A stretch of DNA of 60,037 bases, taken from the NCBI GenBank assembly GCA_002269645.1, contig NIVC01002549.1:1-60037 (forward strand), read 5' to 3'. How positions within the stretch are numbered: the first letter of the stretch is position 1; every line of letters starts with the position of its first letter. The position numbers and the translations under genes are program-made. The DNA is from Macrostomum lignano. Taxonomy: Eukaryota. Shown piece by piece: positions 27,401 through 37,387 of the stretch. A model generated the notes under the pieces. The model was given only the letters and a program-made list of their open reading frames with translations, did no database searches and was not told the origin of the DNA.

Positions 27401-30400
27401 TTATTCTTTCAGATTTGTCTGATTGGTAACGTGCGAGAAGCCAACTTGCTGTTTGCAAGATTAAGCACTGAAAAGTACTCGCCTGATTTGTCTGCTTCGA
27501 GCATCTCAGTTGACACTACGAGTCCGTGGTGCTACACAGTTCTCAACAAAGAGACTGTAGCTAAAATAGCAATTGTGCCTCTGCGACTCAAATCGTTCTC
27601 GACCGAAAGTATGTTCAATTTCTTTGTTAGAGTCGATGCCTGCTTCACGCCGCTAACAGGCGCCTGCCTCACGACTCCAACGACTACCACCACAACTACT
27701 ACTCCAACGACAACTTCAACCACGACTTCAACGACAACGAGTACGACGACTACAACACCCACAACGACGACTCCAACAACCAGCGCATCGACTAAATCTC
27801 CAACAACTTCGACCTCTACTCCAACTTCAAGCACATTGACAACATCAACAAGTTCTACAACTACAGCGACCACCACGTCGACTGCTACAACTACGCCAAC
27901 TACCTCGACCACATCAACAACCACTACTTCTACTACCCCTAAACCAACTTGTAAGCAACTTACACGAGTAAAGTCAAATTTTACTTCTTCGTTAGTTTGC
28001 TGAATCTAGTGTCATCTGAATCGCGGTAATTACTTTTAGTTTGTCCTGCTGTCGATGCGATCGCTGATCCATCGTTGCTGCCTTCCTGGGCCATCAGTGG
28101 AGCAACATTCTCTTCTGTCTTGGGCTACACAATGTCTAGAGCACCCGGCGAAGGACTTTTCATCGATTTGACATCCAACAACTGCCGCAGACCAGAATAC
28201 ATCACACAGGTACAATTAGGCTCTGTAGCATTGTTATTTTATTTGTCAGTGAAAGCTTGTCAAGATTCAATCTCTAATCGAAATTTTCATGCATTTTAGG
28301 TTTGTCTTATCGGTGGCAATGTAAAGAAAGCTGACCTCATCTACCAGACATCGGCATCGGTGCCCTACCTGCCACTGGTTCAGTCCACAACTATTATTCA
28401 AGACGGTCCAGGACTGCTGTGCTACGACCTGAACTTCAACGTGAGCTCTATCATCATCGCACCGAAGGAACTGAAGTCTTCTGCAGCCACCGGATCTAGC
28501 ACTTACAACTTCTTCCTGTCGGTGTATGGCTGCTTCATGCCGATTCCAGGATGCACTCCAACAACCAGCACAACGACCAGCACGACGACAAGCACTAGCA
28601 CAACCACGTCAAGCACGACCACAAGTGCAGCTACAACCACCACGACCCCCACGACCACTACTACTGTTGGAACCACTTGTAAGTGAAGAAAAAGAATGAC
28701 AAATTTAGCCGGCCGCTCGAACAGGCCTGTTTTGTGTTTCTCGCACTAATATTTCCCAAAGAAAAGTTGTTCTTTGGCTTCATTTGACTTCGCTGCTTAT
28801 CATCCCTGAATTATCTGTGGTAATTATGTGTAATACTCGTATTCTTTAAACTTTATTTTTAGTCTGTCCAATGGTTAATGCTCTGACGGACCCATTGCTG
28901 CTACCGATGGATTCCATCACAGGGGCCACCAGCTTTAGCGACGCTACTGGCTTCAATATTCGCACTGGAACGGATGGATATTTGACTGTGGATATTACTG
29001 TCAGAAACTGTCGTACTGCTATATATGTTGATAGGGTAAGCTTTAAAAAGCTGGTCAAATTTTAGGTATATGATTGCCGTTTGAGAATAGAAATTAATGT
29101 CTCTTTCTTCAACAATTTCTAGTTGTGTCTCTCCGGAAACGTTAGAGAGGCTACGATTCGATACAAGCAGTTCTATGCGGCACCTTTCCAAAATCTTGCT
29201 AGCTTGGTATCCTCAGACACTGCGGCGGATCTGTGCTTTGACATCGGCTTTCCAGTAGCTCAGTTCATCATTTTGCCGCGCACGCTTAAGACAGCTTCAG
29301 CGACGAGCACAAATTTCCAGATGTACCTCATCATCAACGGCTGCTTCACAAGAGTTCCAGACATTTGCTTGACTACGACAACATCTACTACTACTACTAC
29401 TCCGACCACTACTTCAACAACCACCGCAACAACTTTGAAAACTAGTAGCACTACACAACACCGACGACTACTTCAACAACCACTACAACACCTACAACTA
29501 CCAGCACAACTACAACTCCTACGACAACGTCAACGACAACAACGTCTACAACTACTGTCAAGCCTACAATTTGTCCAGCACTCAATGGCCTTAGTGATAG
29601 AAAGTACATACCTGATTGGGCCATTACCGGCGCCACTTATGTAACTGGTCGATACGAGATGCCAGTGAGTCCGAGACGAGATCTTATCATAGATTTGACA
29701 GCTGGCGGATGTAATCCTGTTCCTACATACCTAACGAGAGTTTGTGTGACAGGAAATGTAAGGCAGGTAACGGTGTCTACCCAGACGACTTATCCGACCG
29801 GTCGGTTCGATCTTGTCTTGGAATCCAATTTGGTATCTGTCTCGTCTTCGTTGACTCCTCTTTGCATAACTCTGGGAGCAAACGCGACAGGAATTGCAAT
29901 CACGCCAGTCGCACTACTGAACAGCTCGTCGCTGGAAACGAATTATTTATTCTTCCTGAGCCTTGAGGGCTGTTTCGCGCCTCTGTCTACGGCCTGTCAA
30001 ACTCAACCTGTAACGACTTCTACAACGACGACTTCTACAACGTCGACTACTACATCTACAACAACGACTCCTACGACTTCTACAACCTCTACAACAACTA
30101 CTACTACTCCAACTACAAGCACCACAACAACAACGACTACTTCCACCACTACTACAACTCCGACTACAACTACGACTGTTGCGCCCACAACGACGTCTTG
30201 CATCTGTCCGTCCAACTACCAGCCTGTGTTTAAGAACGTCAAGACCGTGCCGTTCTCGTTCCGCTTTTCAAATTTGCAGTGGTTCGATGACTATGCAGAC
30301 CCGAACAGTTGGCGCTACAAGCAGCTGGCTAACTACGCCTTCGAGACCATTATGAAATCATCCAGGTCAACTTCGCTTAATGGTGAACTGCAAAATGCAG

Positions 30401-31009
30401 TAAACTTACAGTTTAAGTCGGGAAGTGTTGTTATCAGTGGAAACCTTGTGGTTCGAGACACGCTGACAAACACGGCCGATGCTATTATTAAACTTCTTTC
30501 TGAAAGTCTTAAAGCGACGGATCTGGGCGGTGTCATTGTCGATAACGTTGGATCTTCTGGTAAGTAGCGGCTTAAATATTAACCTAGAAATTTATTTTTT
30601 GTAACAATTTTTCTGTCACGACACCTCAGCTGTTACGACCCTTGCCGGTACGAGCTCTTCTGTTGCAGCCATCGAAACAACAGCACAGGCAGCATCCACA
30701 ACGGGAAGTGTCATGGCTGGCACAACAGCAACCAGAGTCACTGCAACTCCGTCTCAGGATTACACTGTCCTTATTATTCTGGTGGCGGTTATTGGTGGAC
30801 TTTTCCTCTTTGTGCTCATCATTTTTGTCTCCGTAAGCCTTATTGATTGATATTAAAAGAAATGAAGTTAATAAGTTTATAGTTATTCTGAAGATTTGTA
30901 ATGATTCACCAATGCTCCACTGCACAGGTCTACATCGTGCACATCAGGTGGCGGAAACGTGAACCGAATCTTCACACGCCGTATAGGACTGAGGAGCCGT
31001 ACACGGCAG
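9465..31009 (+). CDS. Giant type-I transmembrane mucin-like protein (~5,100 aa): signal peptide, 23 Cys-rich discoidin-like modules alternating with Thr/Ser/Pro linkers, SEA domain, TM, cytoplasmic tail
   Basis: GT-AG exons built by hand: 9465(or 9511)-9741, 10131-10735, 10885-11057, 11129-11569, 11770-11933, 12043-12577, 14678-14850, 14936-15437, 15559-15731, 15802-16249, 16344-17845, 17924-18514, 18617-19013, 19127-19296, 19556-20090, 20208-20368, 20480-21097, 21187-21724, 21814-21983, 22074-22452, 22637-22809, 22897-24071, 24150-24740, 24844-25240, 25354-25523, 25782-26316, 26434-26594, 26706-27323, 27413-27950, 28040-28209, 28300-28678, 28863-29035, 29123-30559, 30630-30832, 30928-31009. 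Intron phases are consistent. The signal core is GIFAAAALLAVLTLPVAG. Four 1-nt frameshifts occur (~10480, ~11231, ~23212, ~29454). The start codon and last exon(s) are unresolved. Confidence 0.85.
10131..29996 (+). other. Array of 23 ~135-142-aa six-cysteine extracellular modules, divergent discoidin / F5-8 type C (galactose-binding-like) fold suspected
   Basis: Consensus C-xx-[VIL]-[ND]-G-[LM]..[YFL]IP..[IV][ST]G...[VI]D[LI][TS]..xCR.P..[IV]..[VI]CL.GNV...LC[YF]...I.I.P..LK...[FY].FFL.I.[GA]CF.PL...C. The two ends echo FA58C motifs (C..LGM..G.IPD.QITAS and RI.P....LRLELYGC). The fold is inferred. Confidence 0.55.
13692..13782. repeat. Degenerate ~16-17-bp GGGAAAA repeats inside the 2.1-kb mucin intron (probable MITE remnant)
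   Basis: cgggaaaacctcgctgcgggaaaatctcggcggggaaaactcggcaggaaagactcggtgggaaaacctcccgtggaaaa. Confidence 0.55.
16988..30023 (+). repeat. Intragenic tandem duplication, 6,226-bp unit (8 modules plus introns), ~2.1 copies
   Basis: Matching ORFs are offset by 6226 (17290/23516/29742, 18056/24282, 22897/29123). I saw only a handful of substitutions and indels, introns included. Confidence 0.95.
30199..30559 (+). other. SEA domain of the mucin, with the autoproteolysis motif F-K-S-G^S-V-V-I
   Basis: CICPSNYQPVFKNVKTVPFSFRFSNLQWFDDYADPNSWRYKQLA...VNLQFKSGSVVISGNLVV...; the GSVV glycine codon is at 30421. Confidence 0.85.
30630..31009 (+). other. Juxtamembrane Ser/Thr stalk, transmembrane helix and start of the cytoplasmic tail of the mucin (2 exons)
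   Basis: Exon 30630-30832 ends ...DYTVLIILVAVIGGLFLFVLIIFVS. Exon 30928-31009 reads VYIVHIRWRKREPNLHTPYRTEEPYTA, a basic stop-transfer segment. Confidence 0.8.
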
Positions 31010-31967
31010 GTTGGGTTTCACTCAGTTATTGTGTTAATTGCTTGTAGTATACCATTTCATTCTCGACTTTGGCAAAATTGACCTTAATTTTGGCAAGCCC
31101 ATTGATAATATAATAACCTTCGGGCAATATGCCTATGGTTAACTGTGGCAGAATCAGTTAAAGCGTGCATTCAACTTTGGCAAAAGTGGGCGAATTGCGA
31201 AGGATGATCTGAAAGAGGAACTGACCCAGTGCACGAGCTTGAGGACAGGCAGACTGCAGCACAATCTGGTGAGACGTTACAACATCGTCGCCTCACTATT
31301 CTGATGGCTCAAGTAGAGGCAGCGTCATCTAGTTTCATCACCTCCGAACAATGTCGGAATTGGCACGAGTACGAGCGTACGTGCTGAGCTATGGACCCCG
31401 CTGTCTTGACTACGCTCGCCAGTGTCAATGACATTGATAGCGAATGCTTTTTGAATGACTTCAAAAGTAACATCTGGATCAATGAAGCAGTGACATTGAC
31501 TACTCTTATGTTTGTATCTTGCCTTTCTCGTTCGTTTGTTACAGTTTGCCTTTTAGATGACCGTGTTACCAAAATTCGTCCGCTTTTGCCAAAGTTAAAT
31601 GTCGAATTTTTTTAAACTTAAATCTGAAGAAATTTAAACTTACCCATTTATCCAACACATTGCCTGGCTTGCACAAGTTCTGTCACTTCCGACTAGACAT
31701 GCCAATAGTGGGTTATGATCTATGAGTATTAAAACCTTCAAGACATTCAGTGAGTTTCACGAGTTCCTCTGGCATCGGGGATTGTTTAAACCGGGTTTGC
31801 TTTGGATCAAGTCGCTGCGCAAAACGTGAAAAAATTGCGCCATATTCGCAGGAAGAGCTCGTTTTTACGACCCGGTGGCGGGGCCGACAGCTGAGAATTC
31901 CGCCGGCGGGTCCACCGGCCGCGCCGCCTGATCAGTTTTCGACTAAAAGAGGACGGAAATCAGAAAC

Positions 31968-32307
31968 AATATTTAATTGTTTTAGTGTGAACTCTGCGAT
32001 ATTTAATTGTTTTAGTGTGAACTCTGCGATATTTAATTGTTTTAGTGTGAACTCTGCGATATTTAATTGTTTTAGTGTGAACTCTGCGATATTTAATTGT
32101 TTTAGTGTGAACTCTGCGATATTTAATTGTTTTAGTGTGAACTCTGCGATATTTAATTGTTTTAGTGTGAACTCTGCGATATTTAATTGTTTAGTGTGAA
32201 CTCTGCGATATTTAATTGTTTTAGTGTGAACTCTGCGATATTTAATTGTTTTAGTGTGAACTCTGCGATATTTAATTGTTTTAGTGTGAACTCTGCGATA
32301 TTTAATT
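31968..32307. repeat. 30-bp minisatellite (atatttaattgttttagtgtgaactctgcg) x ~11
   Basis: Read directly from the sequence; a few units are 29 bp. Confidence 0.95.
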
Positions 32308-32478
32308 TCTAACAAAATTTGTATCACTGATTCTCTTTAACCTCTGCCTACGAACTCAGTAAGGAAGTAGTATTGTTTATTGAATTTCTCTATACCTAAC
32401 CGAAAGACTTTATTAATAAAATTACACAATACATGTGTATCTTGCAAGCCTTGCACTCCCCGACCGACGCTCCTCCCG

Positions 32479-32620
32479 CATGCCTGATGCACCCAAATTG
32501 GTGGACTCATTCTAGAAAACTTTGCCATGCCTGATGCACCCAAATTGGTGGACTCATTCTAGAAAACTTTACCATGCCTGATGCACCCAAATTGGTGGAC
32601 TCATTCTAGAAATCTTTGCC
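32479..32620. repeat. 47-bp tandem repeat x3
   Basis: catgcctgatgcacccaaattggtggactcattctagaaaactttgc starts at 32479, 32526 and 32573. Confidence 0.95.
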
Positions 32621-33338
32621 TAAATCTGCAAAATTCGAGTCAAGGACTTCTAGACTTCTAGACATGCCAATAGTGGCATGATCTAGAAGTCCTTGATTCG
32701 AGTTCAAAGGCGAGTGAAGCTGTATTCTCAGTTCAGTTAAATATCAGATGGTGAAAAAAATTATGGCAAGCAAATAAAAAACTTAGCGAATCCGCTAATC
32801 AATCACGTTAAATTACTAAAAATATTATTTTTCAAGACTAACACTTCTCGAGTGAATTTCTATCATGATATATAAGTTCCTTCCAGTTATTCTTTTTATC
32901 TGTTTTTACTGCACTTAGAGGTAAATATAATTAGCTGGCTCGTAGATTGAAAAAAGTTTCAAGCAAAATGTTTTTTTCTCGGTTTAGATTTTTTCACGCT
33001 GTTATATTAGATTATACCGACTAATCTAAAAAGTGCACTGTATTACCGCTTCTGTGTGTGCCGCTTCCTCTGCAAAATACACTGTCTTGTTTGAAAGTTG
33101 AAAAAAATTATTTTTTTACAGATTATTAGATTACATACATGCAAGGTGTTACATACACTCGCATGATGAGGACTCACTCAAGTCTTGGGGCTCTGTTAGG
33201 GTTAATGTTAGGATTAATTTTAAGTATCCCGTAGCTCGAACACAATAGAATCTATTGAGGGACTCTCGCTTTACATGTAGCCATGGATATTGTAAGACAA
33301 ATGACACTAATTGTACATATTGGATATTGTGCTGTAAC

Positions 33339-34146
33339 CAGGCGCGTCACCACCGGGGGGACGGGGGGACATGTCCCCCCCCCCAGTAAAAGCGCCTCTT
33401 TTTTACTGGGGGGGACATGCTAATGCTTTGTCTCCCCCCACCTTGTGAGTCGTTGTGGTAATCAATAATTTTTCTTCAGGGCGCCAAAATACAGCGACTT
33501 CGGCGCCAAAATGAGTGCCTGCGGCGCTAAAGTGAGTGCCTTAAGGCGTTAAAATGAGTGCCTGCGCCGCTAAAATGAGTGCCTTAAGGCGCTAAAATGA
33601 GTGCCTGCGGCGCTAAAATGAGTGCCTGCGGCGCTAAAATGAGTGCCTGCGGCGCTAAAATGAGTGCCTGTGGCGCCAAAATGAGTGCCTGCGGCGCTAA
33701 AATGAGTCCTGTGGCGCCAAAATGAGTGCCTGCGGCGCTAAAATGAGTGACTTAAGGCGCCAAAATGAGTGCCTACGGCGCTAAAATGAGTGCCTGCGGC
33801 GCTAAAATGAGTGCCTTGAGGCGCTAAAATGAGTGCCTGTGGCGCCAAAATGAGTGCCTGTGGCGCCAAAATGAGTGCCTGTGGCGCCAAAATGAGTGCC
33901 TGCGGCGCTAAAATGAGTGCCTGTGGCGCCAAAATGAGTGCCTGAGGCGCTAAAATGAGTGCCTTGAGGCGCTAAAACGAGTGCCTGCGGCGCTAAAAGG
34001 AATGCTTGCGGTGCCAAAATGAGTGCCTGCGGCGCCAAAAGGAGTCCCTGCGACGCCAAAATGAGTGCCAAAATTTAGTCATGTACATGAACATGTTGAA
34101 TTCTTGGCTTTGTCCCCCCCACCATAAAATCCATGGCGACGCCATG
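33339..34146. mobile_element. Non-autonomous DNA element (hAT-like MITE) carrying a 21-bp minisatellite
   Basis: Imperfect TIRs CAGGCGCGTCACCA / CATGGCGTCGCCA with subterminal G/C runs. The degenerate 8-bp flanks gctgtaac / actgcaat match 5/8. Internal (ggcgctaaaatgagtgcctgc)n spans ~33502-34068, and a hairpin lies at 33370-33419. Confidence 0.55.
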
Positions 34147-34628
34147 ACTGCAATACATGTACATGTACATGTGCATAATTCTATAACTTTTATAGACAAC
34201 GTGTTGGTGACTCGACTCGGGTGGGTGATGTAACCGTTACTTATTTCCCATGCAATTTGCTGAAAATGCAATTCACCTAAAACTTTCGGACCCCCGGCTG
34301 CTCTTGCTGGCCGCTGTAGCTAGGAAGGATGCCACCACCAATTATGAGCAGGCACACCGTCTCTTCCACTTTAACTTGGCGGATTCTGATGATCGGGAGT
34401 GTTTGAGCTAGCCGAAGACGGGACTCTGCTTTGCCCTCGGGCATTCATGGGGAGTCTCCTACACCAAGCAGCTGAAGGACTTTTTAGCAGGGGTCGGGGA
34501 TCCTTGTGCATGGCTAGCTGTGACTGACAAAGCAGCTCACGTTGGACTGCTGGCTAATGAACGTTTTTTAATTTGACGTGCACGAATTGGCTTAGCTATT
34601 TTTAATCATCCTTGAAGGAAGCGATTAC

Positions 34629-35934
34629 CAGTGTTGGGCAAAGTTCCGGCACTTCGTCACTTCCGGCACTCTTAGTACCGGAAGTTACTTTTTTTAAACG
34701 GCAGTTTTTTCCGGTTCTTTTTTTTCAGAATGCCGGACTTAAGTAACAGAAGTTACTTTTTGATAAGTGCGGTCCCCCGGTACTTGAAAATAAATTTTAG
34801 GTGCCAAACAGCCAATTTAGCACTAAATATTTCCCAAAAGCGCAAAACTTCACCAAAAAATCGTAGCACAATTATAAAAAAGGTAAAAAAGAGATGATTC
34901 TAGTTCGTGTCGTTTTTACTTTTTAAGTTAAAGCACGTTTTAAGAATCATATAATCATAGAATTAAAGAAATTATTGGTAACTACTAATGCTGAAACAAG
35001 ACACTTTCAAAACAATAAACATCCTTTACCAACTCCTTGCAAGTTTTCTAACAAGGATAACACCAGGACACTACACTCCTGATTCGTGGAAAATATTTTG
35101 AAGGCCGATTTCTTAATTTCGATGTTCGTGCAGGACGACACGAGTGATGCATTCTAAAAGTGTTTTGACTTCAACTCTTTTGAGGCAATTATTATAATTT
35201 TCTAATTGCAGCTAGCGCATGGCACTAATCAAGTTATTTAGTCTTGTGCATTGATTCAGCTATCAAATACCATCCATTTGTTGTCCTGGTATCTTTTTTC
35301 TTAATTGTTAACTGGTATTAACTGTGGTTAACTGTTAACTGGCAAGGCTGCCAGAAGATTATCATTGATTCTAAATAAGTCAGCTGTACAAAAGTATACT
35401 TACACTACTGTAAAATAGCTGCTGTAAAATTACAGCACAATACTAGTAAGGGCGACGGGAATGACCCGCAAAAACTAAAAGTCGTCTGAAGTATTCTACT
35501 CATTGTGACACAAATATTGGACAAAATTATCTCCAAACATAGAGTACTTCTGAAGAGTCAGAATCAACATTTGAAAATCGGCCTCCAAAATCTTTTCTAT
35601 GAATCGCGAGTGTAGCCTCCTGATATATCAGATAGTGCAATCCTTGTTTTGTAAAGGTTTTGTTTATTCACTCAAATTTTGGATGCGATAATAATAAAAA
35701 ATATCATGTAGCATCTTTATTTGAGGAATAACAGCATGTTAACTCTAGACCAACAAACCAACTTTTTGTTTTTTCATAAAGACATGTTTGAGCACTTTTT
35801 AATTGGCGGTTCTTTATAATTAACATTTTATAAAAAGTACTGGTACTCCAACAAGTGCCGGAAGTTAATTTCCTTGGAACCGGAAGTTACTTAACTGGAA
35901 GTTACTACTTTTCAAAGTAACTTGCACAACACTG
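34629..35934. mobile_element. Non-autonomous hAT DNA transposon
   Basis: TIRs CAGTGTTGGGCAAAGTT / CAGTGTTGTGCAAGTT, a perfect 8-bp TSD GCGATTAC (34621-34628 and 35935-35942), subterminal CCGGAAGT/ACTTCCGG repeats and no ORF. Confidence 0.9.
35074..35612. mobile_element. Tc1/mariner-type MITE nested in the hAT element
   Basis: ~38-bp imperfect TIRs cactcctgattcgtggaaaatattttgaaggccgattt / cactcgcgattcatagaaaagattttggaggccgattt, flanked by TA on both sides (35072-73 and 35613-14). Confidence 0.75.
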
Positions 35935-36222
35935 GCGATTACAGAAAGAATATATAAAATTCAAATATTCAACCCATGGTGAAAAATGCCTACTATGGAG
36001 ATAAAACGCAATTTCCCGTGAATAACTCGTACAAGGCTTTAATCTAGAGTGCAGATTTTCGACTAGTCAACACATGTCGCGTGCGTCAAGAGAATTAAGC
36101 TAGCTTCATACAAGTATAGCTCTGCATATATACTGTATATATTTTAACACCTGCTAAAAGATCGGAGTGGGCATCTAATAGTACTACGATGAAACATTAA
36201 ACATCCATCCTTGGCTTACTAA

Positions 36223-36964
36223 TGTCACGTGTTTTGTCGTGACGAAGAAATACTAGTTGAGACAACACGGCGGTTTGTAGCGGTAGCACTGGCAATATCG
36301 TGGCAACAAGTTGGCCGTAGGCTTGTTTATTTGAGTAGTAGTCAGATTTACACAAAGGTTAACAGTTTCAATATAGTGGACTACTGTACTGGGCACTGGC
36401 GGCAGCGCAACAATAAGTTGAGTTAAGTTGAAGGCGGTTGAGCACGATGAAGGTGATCCCGAGTGGCGAATGATGGCAGTGAGCAAACAGTGCAGTGGCA
36501 CTAGGAGAATAGACTGGCAGTGGAAAGGCGTAAACAGGTCTGGCTGGCGAGACGGGCCCAGACAGGGTGGGCCGTGGCGAGAGATAAGGCAGGCACGAAG
36601 AGAAGGCAAGAGAGAGAAAACGCAAGGAAGGAAAGGAGAGCAAGAAGGAACGGAACGAAAAGTGAAAAACCCAGCCCGCCGCCAGACGGGGGGTTAATAA
36701 GGAGCGCAAAAGGGGGTAGCATAAACACGGAGAGCCTTCATTGGCTGGCGAGAGAATTTGGCGAAATTATCGATCGTGCCAAAATTCACAGACGAGCGCA
36801 AGGCCTACCAAATACACAGTGAATTAGCAGTTGATACAGATTATTTGCACGCTACTACAAGTAAACGTTAAAATAAACTATTGGAGAAATTAAAATGAGA
36901 AATAGCAAGGGAAACTATAGTCCAACGGCCCTTTTGCGGGACCACTTAAACTAGCAACGTCACA
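36223..36964 (-). mobile_element. Solo LTR (family X, copy 1), 742 bp
   Basis: TGTCACG...CGTCACA termini and a 4-bp TSD CTAA (36219-22 / 36965-68). Orientation is inferred from an AATAAA near the minus-strand 3' end. Confidence 0.85.
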
Positions 36965-37387
36965 CTAATACATACAATACAAATACCATAATTTGCAAAG
37001 GATGATCTATAAATTAGTCTTATAATCTGCATAAGTAATTTTATAATAAGCAGGTTAAAATAATAACAAATTTTATAATAACTAGGGCCTAATAAACTAT
37101 GTATAGAGAGCGCGCGCGCACCCACCAGGTTTAGGGCTTGCTGTAAGGTTTTGAAAAACTCTAGTCAGCCATTTTTATTTTTTGCAGCTATAACAAAGTG
37201 CACGTAAAGAATATTTTTAAGCCCTTACTGTAAACTACAAAACAAAAAAGTCTTTACTTATGTTTTTTGAAACAGCATAACATTAATATGTACATATTGA
37301 TTTTACATTTTTATACAATTTAAAAAATAATACAGGTAGGTAGCGAACTTACGCCACCCATTCGCGACTAAATCTAAATGCTACTAA

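Noticed and set aside
9485-30215. Many minus-strand Val-rich ORFs and alternative-frame Gln/Arg/His-rich ORFs over the mucin
   Set aside because: They are shadows of ACN Thr-codon runs, with no independent coding signal.
9465-31009. Calling the mucin a pseudogene because of four frameshifts
   Set aside because: All four are 1-nt deletions, three differ from intact sister copies, and splice sites and Cys patterns are preserved. Read error is more likely.
31100-31620. Terminal exon(s) of the mucin cytoplasmic tail
   Set aside because: Several acceptors and frames are possible and none is clearly favoured, so it is left unannotated.
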